Source: a virus
DNA length: 64,000 nucleotides
IMG/VR virus record: IMGVR_UViG_3300033489_000003
Span: 1 to 64,000 of that record
Direction: 5' to 3' (one strand)
Below the pieces are notes generated by a model. The model was not told the DNA's origin. It saw only the letters and a program-made list of their open reading frames with translations, and searched no databases. Positions 1-8,298 of this stretch are shown piece by piece. The position numbers and the translations under genes were made by a program. Numbering within the stretch: position 1 is the stretch's first letter; each line of letters starts with the position of its first letter.

Positions 1-291
1 ATGGACCAAGACGAAGAGCGCGCCGTTCAGATCCTGCATTCACTCGCGCACGTTCTCGGGTGGAGCGAGACCGCGCGGCTGATGAATCGACTGCAATGCG
101 AGACGAGGGGCCTGCGGGCGCCGAGAGCGATGGCGGAGCTGATCGCCGGTAAGAAACGGTTCAACGAAGCCTTGCGTGTGTTCATGGGTGAGCACGAGGA
201 TCTGCTGCGCACGCTGGAGGCGTTGGAGGTGAAGGCGGAAGGCGGCGTCGTCGCCGACGAGAAGAGCGCGGGCGTGGGGGAGAAGCGATGA
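1..291 (+). CDS. hypothetical phage protein (may start upstream of the window)
   Basis: ORF coupled by an ATGA overlap to the next ORF. Confidence 0.5.
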   Translation: MDQDEERAVQILHSLAHVLGWSETARLMNRLQCETRGLRAPRAMAELIAGKKRFNEALRVFMGEHEDLLRTLEALEVKAEGGVVADEKSAGVGEKR

Positions 292-503
292 CCGCCGCGC
301 CGCCGCCTGAACGTCTATCGGATGGCGAACTAGAGTTCGTCTCGGCCGACATCCAAACGATGGTGAAGCTGCTGGCCGATATGCCTGAGTGCAGGGTGTT
401 AGAGCGTCTCGGCTTCGTGTCGCGAATCGGTGCACAGCTTGGCAAGCTCATCGGGCACGTTGCCGCGGTCGAACTGGAGCTGGCGAAAGCGGAGAGGAAG
501 TAG
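288..503 (+). CDS. hypothetical phage protein
   Basis: 71-aa ORF, ATGA overlap with the upstream ORF. Confidence 0.55.
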   Translation: MTAAPPPERLSDGELEFVSADIQTMVKLLADMPECRVLERLGFVSRIGAQLGKLIGHVAAVELELAKAERK

Positions 504-557
504 GGAGAGATGTCGATTTGTGCATTGCGCGTATGGCGCGTGATGTTGGCAATGGTT

Positions 558-574
558 AACTGAAACGTTCAGTT
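558..574. promoter_or_regulatory. inverted repeat AACTGAA-ACG-TTCAGTT, possible operator
   Basis: Perfect 7-bp inverted repeat in the AT-richer intergenic region before the Cas7-like gene. Confidence 0.3.
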
Positions 575-620
575 CGTGGCATTACAAGTCTGGCCCAAAG
601 GGCAAGGAAGGGTAACGACA

Positions 621-1454
621 ATGGCATTCGGAAAGAAAACGCAGAGCAGTGAGAAGTTGGATCAGGCGACTGTGGCGATGAAGGCTTCCGAGGCGCTAAA
701 GAAGCGCCGAGCCGTCGGCGTTCAGTTGGCCATTAGAGTGGTCGGCACGTCGCCGCTCCTGATGCACCGCTGGACGACCAAGGCCATTATCCAGATGGTT
801 GGTAAAGCGGTAGGCCAGAGTCAGCCGAGAGGCGCCAAGGATCTCACGGAAGAATACGAGCAATCGTACCATCGTAACGAGAACGGCAAGGTCGCGATGC
901 CTTGTCGGATCGTGAAGGCAGCAACGATCGACGGCGCCATCGCAACCGAGGGCGCTGTCACCAAAGCGGATCTGAAGCGTTCGCTTCGTGTCGTCGGCTA
1001 TACGGCTCCGATCGTTACGAAGAAGCCGATGGAAATGGATTGCCGCATCGCTTCGAATAACGGCTCCCCAGACATGCGCGCCCGCGCCGTGATCCCGGCG
1101 GGATATCACTTCGATATCGTCGTCCAGTTTAACAGCCCGTTGACGCCTGACAAGGTGGTGGCGGCGCTCGAAGGAGCTGGCTCCTGCATAGGTCTGTGCG
1201 AAATGCGACCAGAGCGCGGCGGCGAGTACGGGACGTTCACGATCGAGATCCTGGGCAACGATCAGATTGCGCGCATCCTCAAAGAGAACTCCGTGCCCGA
1301 GGAGGAGTACAAGATTCCGCCTGAGTTCCTGCGGGCGTTCTCCATGGGCGAGGTCAAATCCGATGTGGCCGCCAAGGCGATGGCCGTCGCCGGTCACGTC
1401 AACGGTCAGGCGAATGGGAAGAAGACCAAAAAGCAAGCGGAGGTTGAGGCATGA
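621..1454 (+). CDS. stand-alone Cas7/RAMP-like RNA-binding protein (candidate effector of the GGY-NN array)
   Basis: N-terminal IRVVGTSPLLMH (RAMP beta1), MPCRIVKAA (P-x3-K helix) and C-terminal Gly-rich loop GAGSCIGLCEMRPERGGEYGTF; ATG 621 has a GGAAGG RBS. Confidence 0.8.
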   Translation: MAFGKKTQSSEKLDQATVAMKASEALKKRRAVGVQLAIRVVGTSPLLMHRWTTKAIIQMVGKAVGQSQPRGAKDLTEEYEQSYHRNENGKVAMPCRIVKAATIDGAIATEGAVTKADLKRSLRVVGYTAPIVTKKPMEMDCRIASNNGSPDMRARAVIPAGYHFDIVVQFNSPLTPDKVVAALEGAGSCIGLCEMRPERGGEYGTFTIEILGNDQIARILKENSVPEEEYKIPPEFLRAFSMGEVKSDVAAKAMAVAGHVNGQANGKKTKKQAEVEA

Positions 1455-2056
1455 AAAAACACATAACCAAGGCGTCGCCGCCGGCGCCGCCCATGGCCAA
1501 GAGATACGTCGCGTCAGGCTACTCGGAGGACGAAGCGCAGATCATCGGCGCGGAGCTAGCGCGCATCGCCAAGGCGAACAAGACGGACGTCGCGTCACTC
1601 GACAAGGAGCTCGTATTCGACCGAGTGGAGAAAACGCCCAATCACCCGCTACGCCAATTCTACGATTGGGACGACGCGAAGGCGGCACGCGCGCAACGCG
1701 TGACCGTCACTGGCAACATGATCCGGTGCATCCGCACGGTCGACATCGGGCAGCAAAACGGGAACCGAGACGAACAACGCCGCGTCCCGGAATTCATCTA
1801 CGTCCCAAATGGGTTGGTCAAGACCGATGGCAGCGTGACACGAAGCCGTGTGCTAACCGACGACGTCTTGGCGAACGATCCGATGTTTGCGAACGCGCTA
1901 GGTCACAAGATCCGGATGGTAAAGAATGCCGTCGGCGAGCTCGCGTGGCTCGCGCGCAGTCGCAACACATCTACCGAGGTCGCGGGACTGGTCCAAGACC
2001 TTGAGGCGGCGCTCAACGAATATCTGGCCAGCGTGGCGATCGCGGACGTTGGATGA
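1451..2056 (+). CDS. partner protein coupled to the Cas7-like gene, function unknown
   Basis: ATGA overlap; motif HPLRQFYDWDDAKAARAQR resembles a phage family I recall seeing beside such RAMP genes. Confidence 0.7.
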   Translation: MKKHITKASPPAPPMAKRYVASGYSEDEAQIIGAELARIAKANKTDVASLDKELVFDRVEKTPNHPLRQFYDWDDAKAARAQRVTVTGNMIRCIRTVDIGQQNGNRDEQRRVPEFIYVPNGLVKTDGSVTRSRVLTDDVLANDPMFANALGHKIRMVKNAVGELAWLARSRNTSTEVAGLVQDLEAALNEYLASVAIADVG

Positions 2057-2066
2057 AAGCAGACGG

Positions 2067-2517
2067 GGCAGGCAAGGTAGGGCCCGGCGGGGCATGGCTT
2101 GGCATGTTCAGGCGCGGCGTGGCAGGCAAGGCAGGCGCGGCCAGGCACGGTTCGGTTGGGCAAGGCTCGGTCCGGTATGGCATGGCAAGGCAGGCATGGT
2201 TCGGCGCGGCAGGGTGCGGCCCGGCTAGGTGCGGCTCGGCGCGACAGGGCAAGGCAGGCGTGGCACGGTTCGGCCCGGTGCGGCGGCGCTTGTCCGGGCA
2301 CGGCGAGGCTTGGCATGGTTGGGCGTGGCAGGCGCGGCTGGGCACGGTTAGGCACGGCGTGGCGTGGTTTGGTGCGGCATGGCAGGCGTGGCACGGCTGG
2401 GCAGGGCCCGGCGAGTCGCGTCCGGGCAGGTCTCGGTTTGGCGCGGCAGGCTAGGCTAGGCGCGGCCGGGTTCGGTTCGGCCTGGCGAGGTATGGCTGGT
2501 CGGGACAGGGCAGGCGT
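2067..2517 (+). repeat. GGY-NN pentamer array divided by GGCA tetramers (putative guide-RNA array)
   Basis: Manual parse: 83 pentamers, 74 starting GGC/GGT; GGCA delimiters at 2067, 2121, 2130, 2189, 2253, 2327, 2381, 2445, 2509. Confidence 0.93.
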
Positions 2518-2598
2518 GGAGTAGATGTTGAGATGGCTGTGCTAAAGAAGTAGGTATTCGCAGACGGCTCCGCGCTGGCGCGGGGCGGGAGTTAGTGG

Positions 2599-3165
2599 AT
2601 GGCAGCAATCGAGAACGTAAGAGGTACGGTCCGCTTTGACGAGATCGTGCCGCGTGAGTCGCCGGACTACTTCAACGTCGGTGACAGGTGCATGATCGAT
2701 CAGGTAGCCGAATGGATGGCCGACGAAGACGCCGTCGGCATGGTTGCGCCTGGCGGTGCCGTCAGAGACACGCTTCGGAGTCCGACGGCTACGCTGTGTC
2801 TTGATCGCGGCTGGCTCGGGTCGAAACGGGAACGCGCCGAGACGCTGCAAGCGCAGGCGAAGCGCGGCTGGAAAGTCACAGATGACGAGTGGCTAACCAT
2901 CCAGCGCGCCTTCGACTTCAGGTGCGTCTATTGCGAAGCCACGCCAAATCGTCTCACGCGCGATCACGTTAAGGCGCTCGCCGCTGGCGGCCGAAACGTG
3001 TGGCGCAACATCCTGCCAGCGTGCCGAAGCTGTAACTCGCGCAAGAACGTGAAGAGTCTGTCGCTTTGGTTCGGCGCTGAGCCGGCGAAGCTTGAAGGGT
3101 TGTTGGCGCGCGTCGCAGCGGGCAGGTCGAAGGCGGCAAGGCTTCGGAGGGAAGAGCGTACGTAG
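2599..3165 (+). CDS. HNH endonuclease
   Basis: CVYC...TRDHVKALAAGGRNVWRNILPACRSCNSRK. Confidence 0.82.
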   Translation: MAAIENVRGTVRFDEIVPRESPDYFNVGDRCMIDQVAEWMADEDAVGMVAPGGAVRDTLRSPTATLCLDRGWLGSKRERAETLQAQAKRGWKVTDDEWLTIQRAFDFRCVYCEATPNRLTRDHVKALAAGGRNVWRNILPACRSCNSRKNVKSLSLWFGAEPAKLEGLLARVAAGRSKAARLRREERT

Positions 3166-3219
3166 CTTATTCGGTTGTCTCAAATCGGTGACGCGCTGGT
3201 CGCGTAACTGGAGGTTCGG

Positions 3220-4098
3220 ATGGGTAATCGAGCAGCAAGAGAGAAAGCCGCGATCGAACAGTCCGCGGTTCACAGCGAAGAAGGCAAGAAGCGGCCGATG
3301 CGGCACCAAGCGCGCAGATTCCCAGGGCTGTACGCATCATGGGGCGGGTTGGACGCGGTCTTCTATTTTCGGTGGTGCGAGCTAGAGATGGGTTTCAGGA
3401 CTCACGGCATCGAGCCACAGGCTGAAACGATTGGGCAGCCACTTGTGGCGCTTTGGGACAATTTCGAGGCGCTGAAAGACCGCGCCAAGAGAGACCCGAA
3501 GCTGCTCAAGCTGGTGGACTACATCATGCGAACGACCGGAGGCGCGGCGGCTCGTCCTGGCAGTAGCCGCCAAACCAAGGGCTGCATGCAGCCTGACAAG
3601 ACAACGGACGATCAGCTAAGGGCGGTTCGCCGGTACAGGCGTGTGCACGCCGGAATGCTGCGTCTGAAGGCAGAGCACCCGACCCATTACGCCGTGTTGA
3701 ACGTAGTTTGCGTGCCTAGGCGATACGCGCCGGAGATCGAAACGAAGTGGGGGTACGAGCTCGCCGACCTGTGCATGCGGCTCGACCGAACCACGGGCGC
3801 CCACGCGACCGCGATGGCCAAGGAAGCCGAACACAAGCGGGTCACGCTGGAAACGTGGATTCTGCGGCGCATTGAAAAGAACGATAAGTTCATCGAACTG
3901 GCCAGAGAAGAAGCCGAGAAGATGGCGAGCGAGGCCATCCAGGCGTTCGAAGCCGTAACGGAGCTGCCGAAGGCGATGCGGGAAGCCGATGAGACGGCAG
4001 AGGAGGCGGATGCCGCCGCGCAGCCAAAGAAAAGAACGAGAGCACCAAAGGTGGTCAGTCTCGGCTATGACGACGAGCCCGGCGAGGAGGTCGCTTGA
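3220..4098 (+). CDS. hypothetical protein (position suggests a late-gene regulator)
   Basis: 292-aa ORF with GGAGG RBS, upstream of the packaging genes. Confidence 0.6.
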   Translation: MGNRAAREKAAIEQSAVHSEEGKKRPMRHQARRFPGLYASWGGLDAVFYFRWCELEMGFRTHGIEPQAETIGQPLVALWDNFEALKDRAKRDPKLLKLVDYIMRTTGGAAARPGSSRQTKGCMQPDKTTDDQLRAVRRYRRVHAGMLRLKAEHPTHYAVLNVVCVPRRYAPEIETKWGYELADLCMRLDRTTGAHATAMAKEAEHKRVTLETWILRRIEKNDKFIELAREEAEKMASEAIQAFEAVTELPKAMREADETAEEADAAAQPKKRTRAPKVVSLGYDDEPGEEVA

Positions 4099-4385
4099 AG
4101 CCGCCCGACCGGGACCAGGACGAGCTTGTGCTTACGGGCTGGAAACAGATCGCCACCGCGATGGGAACGAGCGTGAAGACCGTCCAGCGGCTCGCCGATA
4201 GGCTCGCTCGAGGGGAGCAGGATCCGCTCCCAGTTTGGGCCTACTGCGACTCCGTAATTGCCTATCCGACGGCGCTGCGAGACTGGCGCGGCCGTCAGAA
4301 AATCGCGTGGAACAAGGCCCGCATGGTCGCGCGGCGGGAGCTAGGTGTCCCATTCAGTCCCGAGCCGAACGGAAAAGCCGAGTGA
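4095..4385 (+). CDS. helix-turn-helix DNA-binding protein
   Basis: LTGWKQIATAMGTSVKTVQRL HTH pattern. Confidence 0.6.
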   Translation: MKPPDRDQDELVLTGWKQIATAMGTSVKTVQRLADRLARGEQDPLPVWAYCDSVIAYPTALRDWRGRQKIAWNKARMVARRELGVPFSPEPNGKAE

Positions 4386-4650
4386 TTGGCTCCAAAGAAT
4401 CTTTCAGGTGACGCACCGTGGGGCTTGATAACTCAGTTTTTCGGCGCACCATTGGCGTCATGCTTCGCGCGTTGCCTCCCGGACAGACCGGTGAGCGAAA
4501 ACGCCAAGCATTCACGCGCCAGCGAGCAGCCGCGAAAACGGCCTAGGCCCTGACGGGTAGCAGCGGTGCACCAACTTCCGGGAGGCAAGCCTCCAAGCGT
4601 AACGGCCGCCCAGGCGGTGTGCGCGCCAGTGAAACGACCTCGTAACTCAG

Positions 4651-4932
4651 TTGAACCACCTCCGCCTAGTCCCAAGCCCCAGGCAGCCCGAAGTCCTGCA
4701 TCGCCGTCCCAAGCGGCCACTCGCCGAGCGGATGGCAGCGGACGGCGTCGCAACCCTGGAAGGCGAAGAGGACTGGCGAGAGTTCAGCCAAATGCTCTAC
4801 GACGACCCCGACCGACTCGGCGAGAAGCCGAAGGCCGAACGCGCCGGGAACGTGATCCCGATTCGGCAGCGCAGTAGTTCTGCCGAGATCCACGCGGTCA
4901 GGCTGAGCGAAGAACGGCGCGGTAAACGTTGA
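4651..4932 (+). CDS. hypothetical protein
   Basis: ORF only; start uncertain (TTG 4651 or ATG 4732). Confidence 0.4.
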   Translation: MNHLRLVPSPRQPEVLHRRPKRPLAERMAADGVATLEGEEDWREFSQMLYDDPDRLGEKPKAERAGNVIPIRQRSSSAEIHAVRLSEERRGKR

Positions 4933-5097
4933 CGACCGACACCCCAAACGTTCTCGACCTCGACTGCGCCGAGTGCGGCCACCAGGGTCGCCGGCACGCG
5001 TATCCACCGCATGCGCGCGGACCCCGCTGGTGCAAAGAGTTCAACTGCACATGCCGAGAGTTTTCGATTCCAGCGCAGGAACCGGCTAAGTGATTAC

Positions 5098-5391
5098 ATG
5101 ATCAACACGGACGGCGCAATGTTCACCGGTGGACCGATGCAGCAAACCTGCCCGGCGTGCGGCTACTGTCCGCACTGCGGCCGAAGCGCTGCGCCGGTGG
5201 TGCCGTTCTACCCGATGCCGTACCCGCAGCCTTGGCCGGCACCGACGTACCCAATGCCAAGCTGGATCGAGCAGCCTTGGGCGACCATCACGGTCAGCCA
5301 AACCGACAACACGACCGGGTGTGCGGCGCCAATCAACGGCATCTGCTCGTACACGCAGGACGCGCTCGTCGGCTGGCAGTTCACCTCGTGA
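5098..5391 (+). CDS. small Cys/Pro-rich protein
   Basis: CPACGYCPHCG motif. Confidence 0.45.
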   Translation: MINTDGAMFTGGPMQQTCPACGYCPHCGRSAAPVVPFYPMPYPQPWPAPTYPMPSWIEQPWATITVSQTDNTTGCAAPINGICSYTQDALVGWQFTS

Positions 5392-5461
5392 TCTCCCGCC
5401 TCCTCGACGCCCTCCCGCTCTGGCTGCTCGCCATCGTGTTCGTCGTCGTCTGCGGGGTGTG

Positions 5462-5707
5462 ATGAAGCTCACGGCGGTCGATGGTGACGGCAAGTCATCG
5501 GCACCGACCGTGGTTGAGACGCTCGAAGAACTTCTAGTTCAGGCGAAGCGCGGCGACATCACGCAGATAGCGCTGGCGTACGAGACTTCTGACGGATCGG
5601 TGGGCAATCAATTCGCCGCCGGACCGCGACAGAGTCTCTCGACGCTCATCGGCGCCGTCTCGATTCTGCAAGCTCACATGTACGACTGGTGGAAACGCCA
5701 GACGTGA
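5462..5707 (+). CDS. hypothetical phage protein
   Basis: Protein-like ORF MKLTAVDGD...YDWWKRQT. Confidence 0.55.
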   Translation: MKLTAVDGDGKSSAPTVVETLEELLVQAKRGDITQIALAYETSDGSVGNQFAAGPRQSLSTLIGAVSILQAHMYDWWKRQT

Positions 5708-5783
5708 ATTGACCCAGTAACCGCGCGAAAGCGCCTCCCGACCGCCTCGACCTGGCGACACAGGCCGTAAAGGGAGAAGCAAA

Positions 5784-6245
5784 GTGCCGGCAGGAGTACC
5801 TACATCAGAAGAGACGATTGCGGAGTTCCGCGCAGACTACGTTTGCAGCGGCAATCCTTCGAAATCTGCTCGCAAAGTCGGCATCTCCGAGCGTACCGGT
5901 AGGGAGATAGCGCAGCGTCTACAGCTGGACGCGTCCTTCGCCGAAGAGCGCCGCGTTCAACGCGCGAGATTCCTGGAGGAGGCGGTAGTTGCTCGCCACC
6001 GCGTACTCGAGAAGGCGCTGAAGCGGTTCTTGGCGAAGAGCGAAGTGCCGCAAGTCGTAGGCGAAGGCGCCAACGTCACCATCATCGACAAGCGGCCCGA
6101 CTACGGGAAGCTGGTGCTGGAGGCTGAGAAGAACGCGCACGCGTTGGCGCGGTTCGAGGCGGAGAAGAGCGGCGAGGTTCTAAACGCCAGGGACGTCAGA
6201 ATCACAGTGGTGGGGCCCGATGACCCTGCTAAACCAGAGTCATGA
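5784..6245 (+). CDS. putative terminase small subunit
   Basis: N-terminal HTH (PSKSARKVGISERTG); lies upstream of the large subunit. Confidence 0.55.
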   Translation: MPAGVPTSEETIAEFRADYVCSGNPSKSARKVGISERTGREIAQRLQLDASFAEERRVQRARFLEEAVVARHRVLEKALKRFLAKSEVPQVVGEGANVTIIDKRPDYGKLVLEAEKNAHALARFEAEKSGEVLNARDVRITVVGPDDPAKPES

Positions 6246-6886
6246 AACGCTGCACCGGCTGCGCTGCCGAGAAACCCGCGTCAGACTTCTATCGAGACAA
6301 GCAAAAGAAAGACGGCCTGTCGTCTCGATGCAAGCCTTGTAAGAACGCAGACAATCGCGCCCACTTCTTGGCTGATCCAACGGCAGCTCGGCGTGGCAAA
6401 CGCAAGTGGGCAAAGGCCAACCCGGGTCGTATGCGGGCCCTAGGTGACCGATGGCGAGCCGCTAACCCTGCCAAGGTCAAAGCCAGCTTTGCAAAGTGGG
6501 CAAAGGCCAACAAGCCCAAGATCGTCGAGTGGCGAGAGTCACACCGAGAGGTGTTTCGTAAAGCGGCCAAGAATTGGGCCGCTCGCCATCCGGAGAACGT
6601 TAAGGCGGCGTGTCGAAACCGTCGAGCCCGCATTGCCGGGTCATCGTCTCAACTCACTGCTTTCGATTGGGTCGGCAGATTGGACGAGTTCTGTGGTCTG
6701 TGCGCATATTGCCTGGTCGCAACTGACAGGCCGACGCAGGATCACTTTCGGCCGTTGTTCCGTGGCGGACAACACGACTGCGAAAACGTTGTTCCGGCGT
6801 GCGGCAGTTGCAACAGTTCCAAGCGCGACGGTTTAGTCTTTGACTGGGTCAGTCGCGGAGTCGGCGTCTGCCAACCGTCGACGTAG
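6242..6886 (+). CDS. HNH endonuclease with N-terminal Zn finger
   Basis: KRCTGC...CKPC; CAYC...DHFRPLFRGGQHDCENVVPACGSCNSSK. Confidence 0.85.
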   Translation: MKRCTGCAAEKPASDFYRDKQKKDGLSSRCKPCKNADNRAHFLADPTAARRGKRKWAKANPGRMRALGDRWRAANPAKVKASFAKWAKANKPKIVEWRESHREVFRKAAKNWAARHPENVKAACRNRRARIAGSSSQLTAFDWVGRLDEFCGLCAYCLVATDRPTQDHFRPLFRGGQHDCENVVPACGSCNSSKRDGLVFDWVSRGVGVCQPST

Positions 6887-8277
6887 GGGTCAAGTTCAAC
6901 CGTCCACAGCATCGCGCGTTCTGTGCGATGGGCGAGCGCCGGACCATCTTTCTCGGATGGGGAAGAGGGACTGGAAAGTCTCACTTTCTCCGCACCGTGT
7001 GTTGGCTACGCGTGGCGGAATGGGACGGGAAGCTTAGAACGAAGGCGCAGGAGCCGTTTCGCGGTGTTCGCATCGCATGGCTAATGCCGGCTCGAAAACA
7101 ATTTGTTGATGTCCACGGGGCCTCGATCCTTCAGGATCTTGAGCCAGGTGGAAAATACGGCTTTTTGGGCGGGAAGGTCAACCGCGCAACCTGGCATATC
7201 GATTTTCCTGGCGGGTCGACGTTGATGCCGTTCCCCGCGGCTGACGCGAACTCCAAGACCGCCAGAGGGATCCGTGCAGACATTTTGGTTGTCGACGAAG
7301 GCGACGACGTCGACACATCCGTCTACGATTCGGTGGCCATACCGTGGCTTAGCGCGCGGTGGTCGCTTGGCGAGGAACTAATCGCCGGCACGCCCACGCG
7401 TGGGCGTCACGGTCTGTGGTTTAGAACACTCAAGTGGGGCAGACTCGGCGAGCGCATTCGACGCGGCGAAGCCGTTCCGGATTTGTCTCCGGAAGAGACC
7501 AAGGCTTACGCCAGCATCTATCCGTTTCTGGCGACATACGTTGATACGCCTGAGACGGTTGACCCTGTTGCCGTGGCGAAAGCCAAGGCAACAACGCCGC
7601 CGTCGATATTCAAGCGAGAGTGGCTCGCCGATCCAGATTCCGCAGAGGGGCTTGTTTTTGGCGACGTCTTCGTCGAGAGCTTTCATGTCCGTTCACCGCC
7701 GCAAGACGTCACGTGGACAGAGATTCTCATCGGGTGCGACCACGGCACCGAGGACCCAGGGTGCTTGCTTCTCGTCGGCGTGATTGGCCACGGGAACGAC
7801 GCCACCGCTTGGGTGATTGACGAAGTCTACGAGAGCCACCGCCTTGAGGGCTGGTGGACCCAGCAGCTCAAGCGCTGGACCGGTTGGTACCCCAACCACC
7901 GATTCTACGGCGACCCGTCGAGACCCGGCACCGTTGAAGCCTATCGGCTCAATGCCGGCGCGCGCGTGCAGGAGGTCGACAACTCGATCGAGGACGGCAT
8001 CAACGCCGTTGCGGATCGCTTCGTCATTCGCGAGCGTGAGGACGGCTCGCGGTTCGCTCGCCTCTACGTCTCGCCGAAGTGTGTGAACCTGATCGCTGAG
8101 CTCGGCAAGTATCGCCGCAAAGCGGACCCGCGCGACAAGGACCGCTACCTCGAAGACATTCTCGACCGCTGGAACCATTCGATCGACGCCCTGCGCTACT
8201 GCCTGTTTAACCGATTCGATCCACGGTCCAGGGCGGGAAAGCGCAACACGAGAAGCCTCGAAGAACGCAGCTCCTAG
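6868..8277 (+). CDS. terL: terminase large subunit (probable CTG start)
   Basis: Walker A GRGTGKS, Walker B ILVVDE, coupling motif GTP, nuclease IGCDHG and NHSIDALRY. Confidence 0.9.
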   Translation: MPTVDVGVKFNRPQHRAFCAMGERRTIFLGWGRGTGKSHFLRTVCWLRVAEWDGKLRTKAQEPFRGVRIAWLMPARKQFVDVHGASILQDLEPGGKYGFLGGKVNRATWHIDFPGGSTLMPFPAADANSKTARGIRADILVVDEGDDVDTSVYDSVAIPWLSARWSLGEELIAGTPTRGRHGLWFRTLKWGRLGERIRRGEAVPDLSPEETKAYASIYPFLATYVDTPETVDPVAVAKAKATTPPSIFKREWLADPDSAEGLVFGDVFVESFHVRSPPQDVTWTEILIGCDHGTEDPGCLLLVGVIGHGNDATAWVIDEVYESHRLEGWWTQQLKRWTGWYPNHRFYGDPSRPGTVEAYRLNAGARVQEVDNSIEDGINAVADRFVIREREDGSRFARLYVSPKCVNLIAELGKYRRKADPRDKDRYLEDILDRWNHSIDALRYCLFNRFDPRSRAGKRNTRSLEERSS

Positions 8278-8298
8278 CGGCCCACGGGCCAACCCGAC

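Noticed and set aside
534-550. Sigma54 promoter upstream of the Cas7-like gene
   Set aside because: The spacing between TGGC and the GC element does not fit the -24/-12 consensus.
2067-2517. Canonical CRISPR array or simple microsatellite
   Set aside because: There are no 23-47 nt direct repeats with spacers, and the NN positions are too diverse for slippage-derived repeats.
1898-2524. Several overlapping ORFs on both strands across the pentamer array
   Set aside because: Low-complexity G/A/R/W or P/C/R translations arise because the GGY-NN repeat lacks stop codons; a period of 5 argues against coding.
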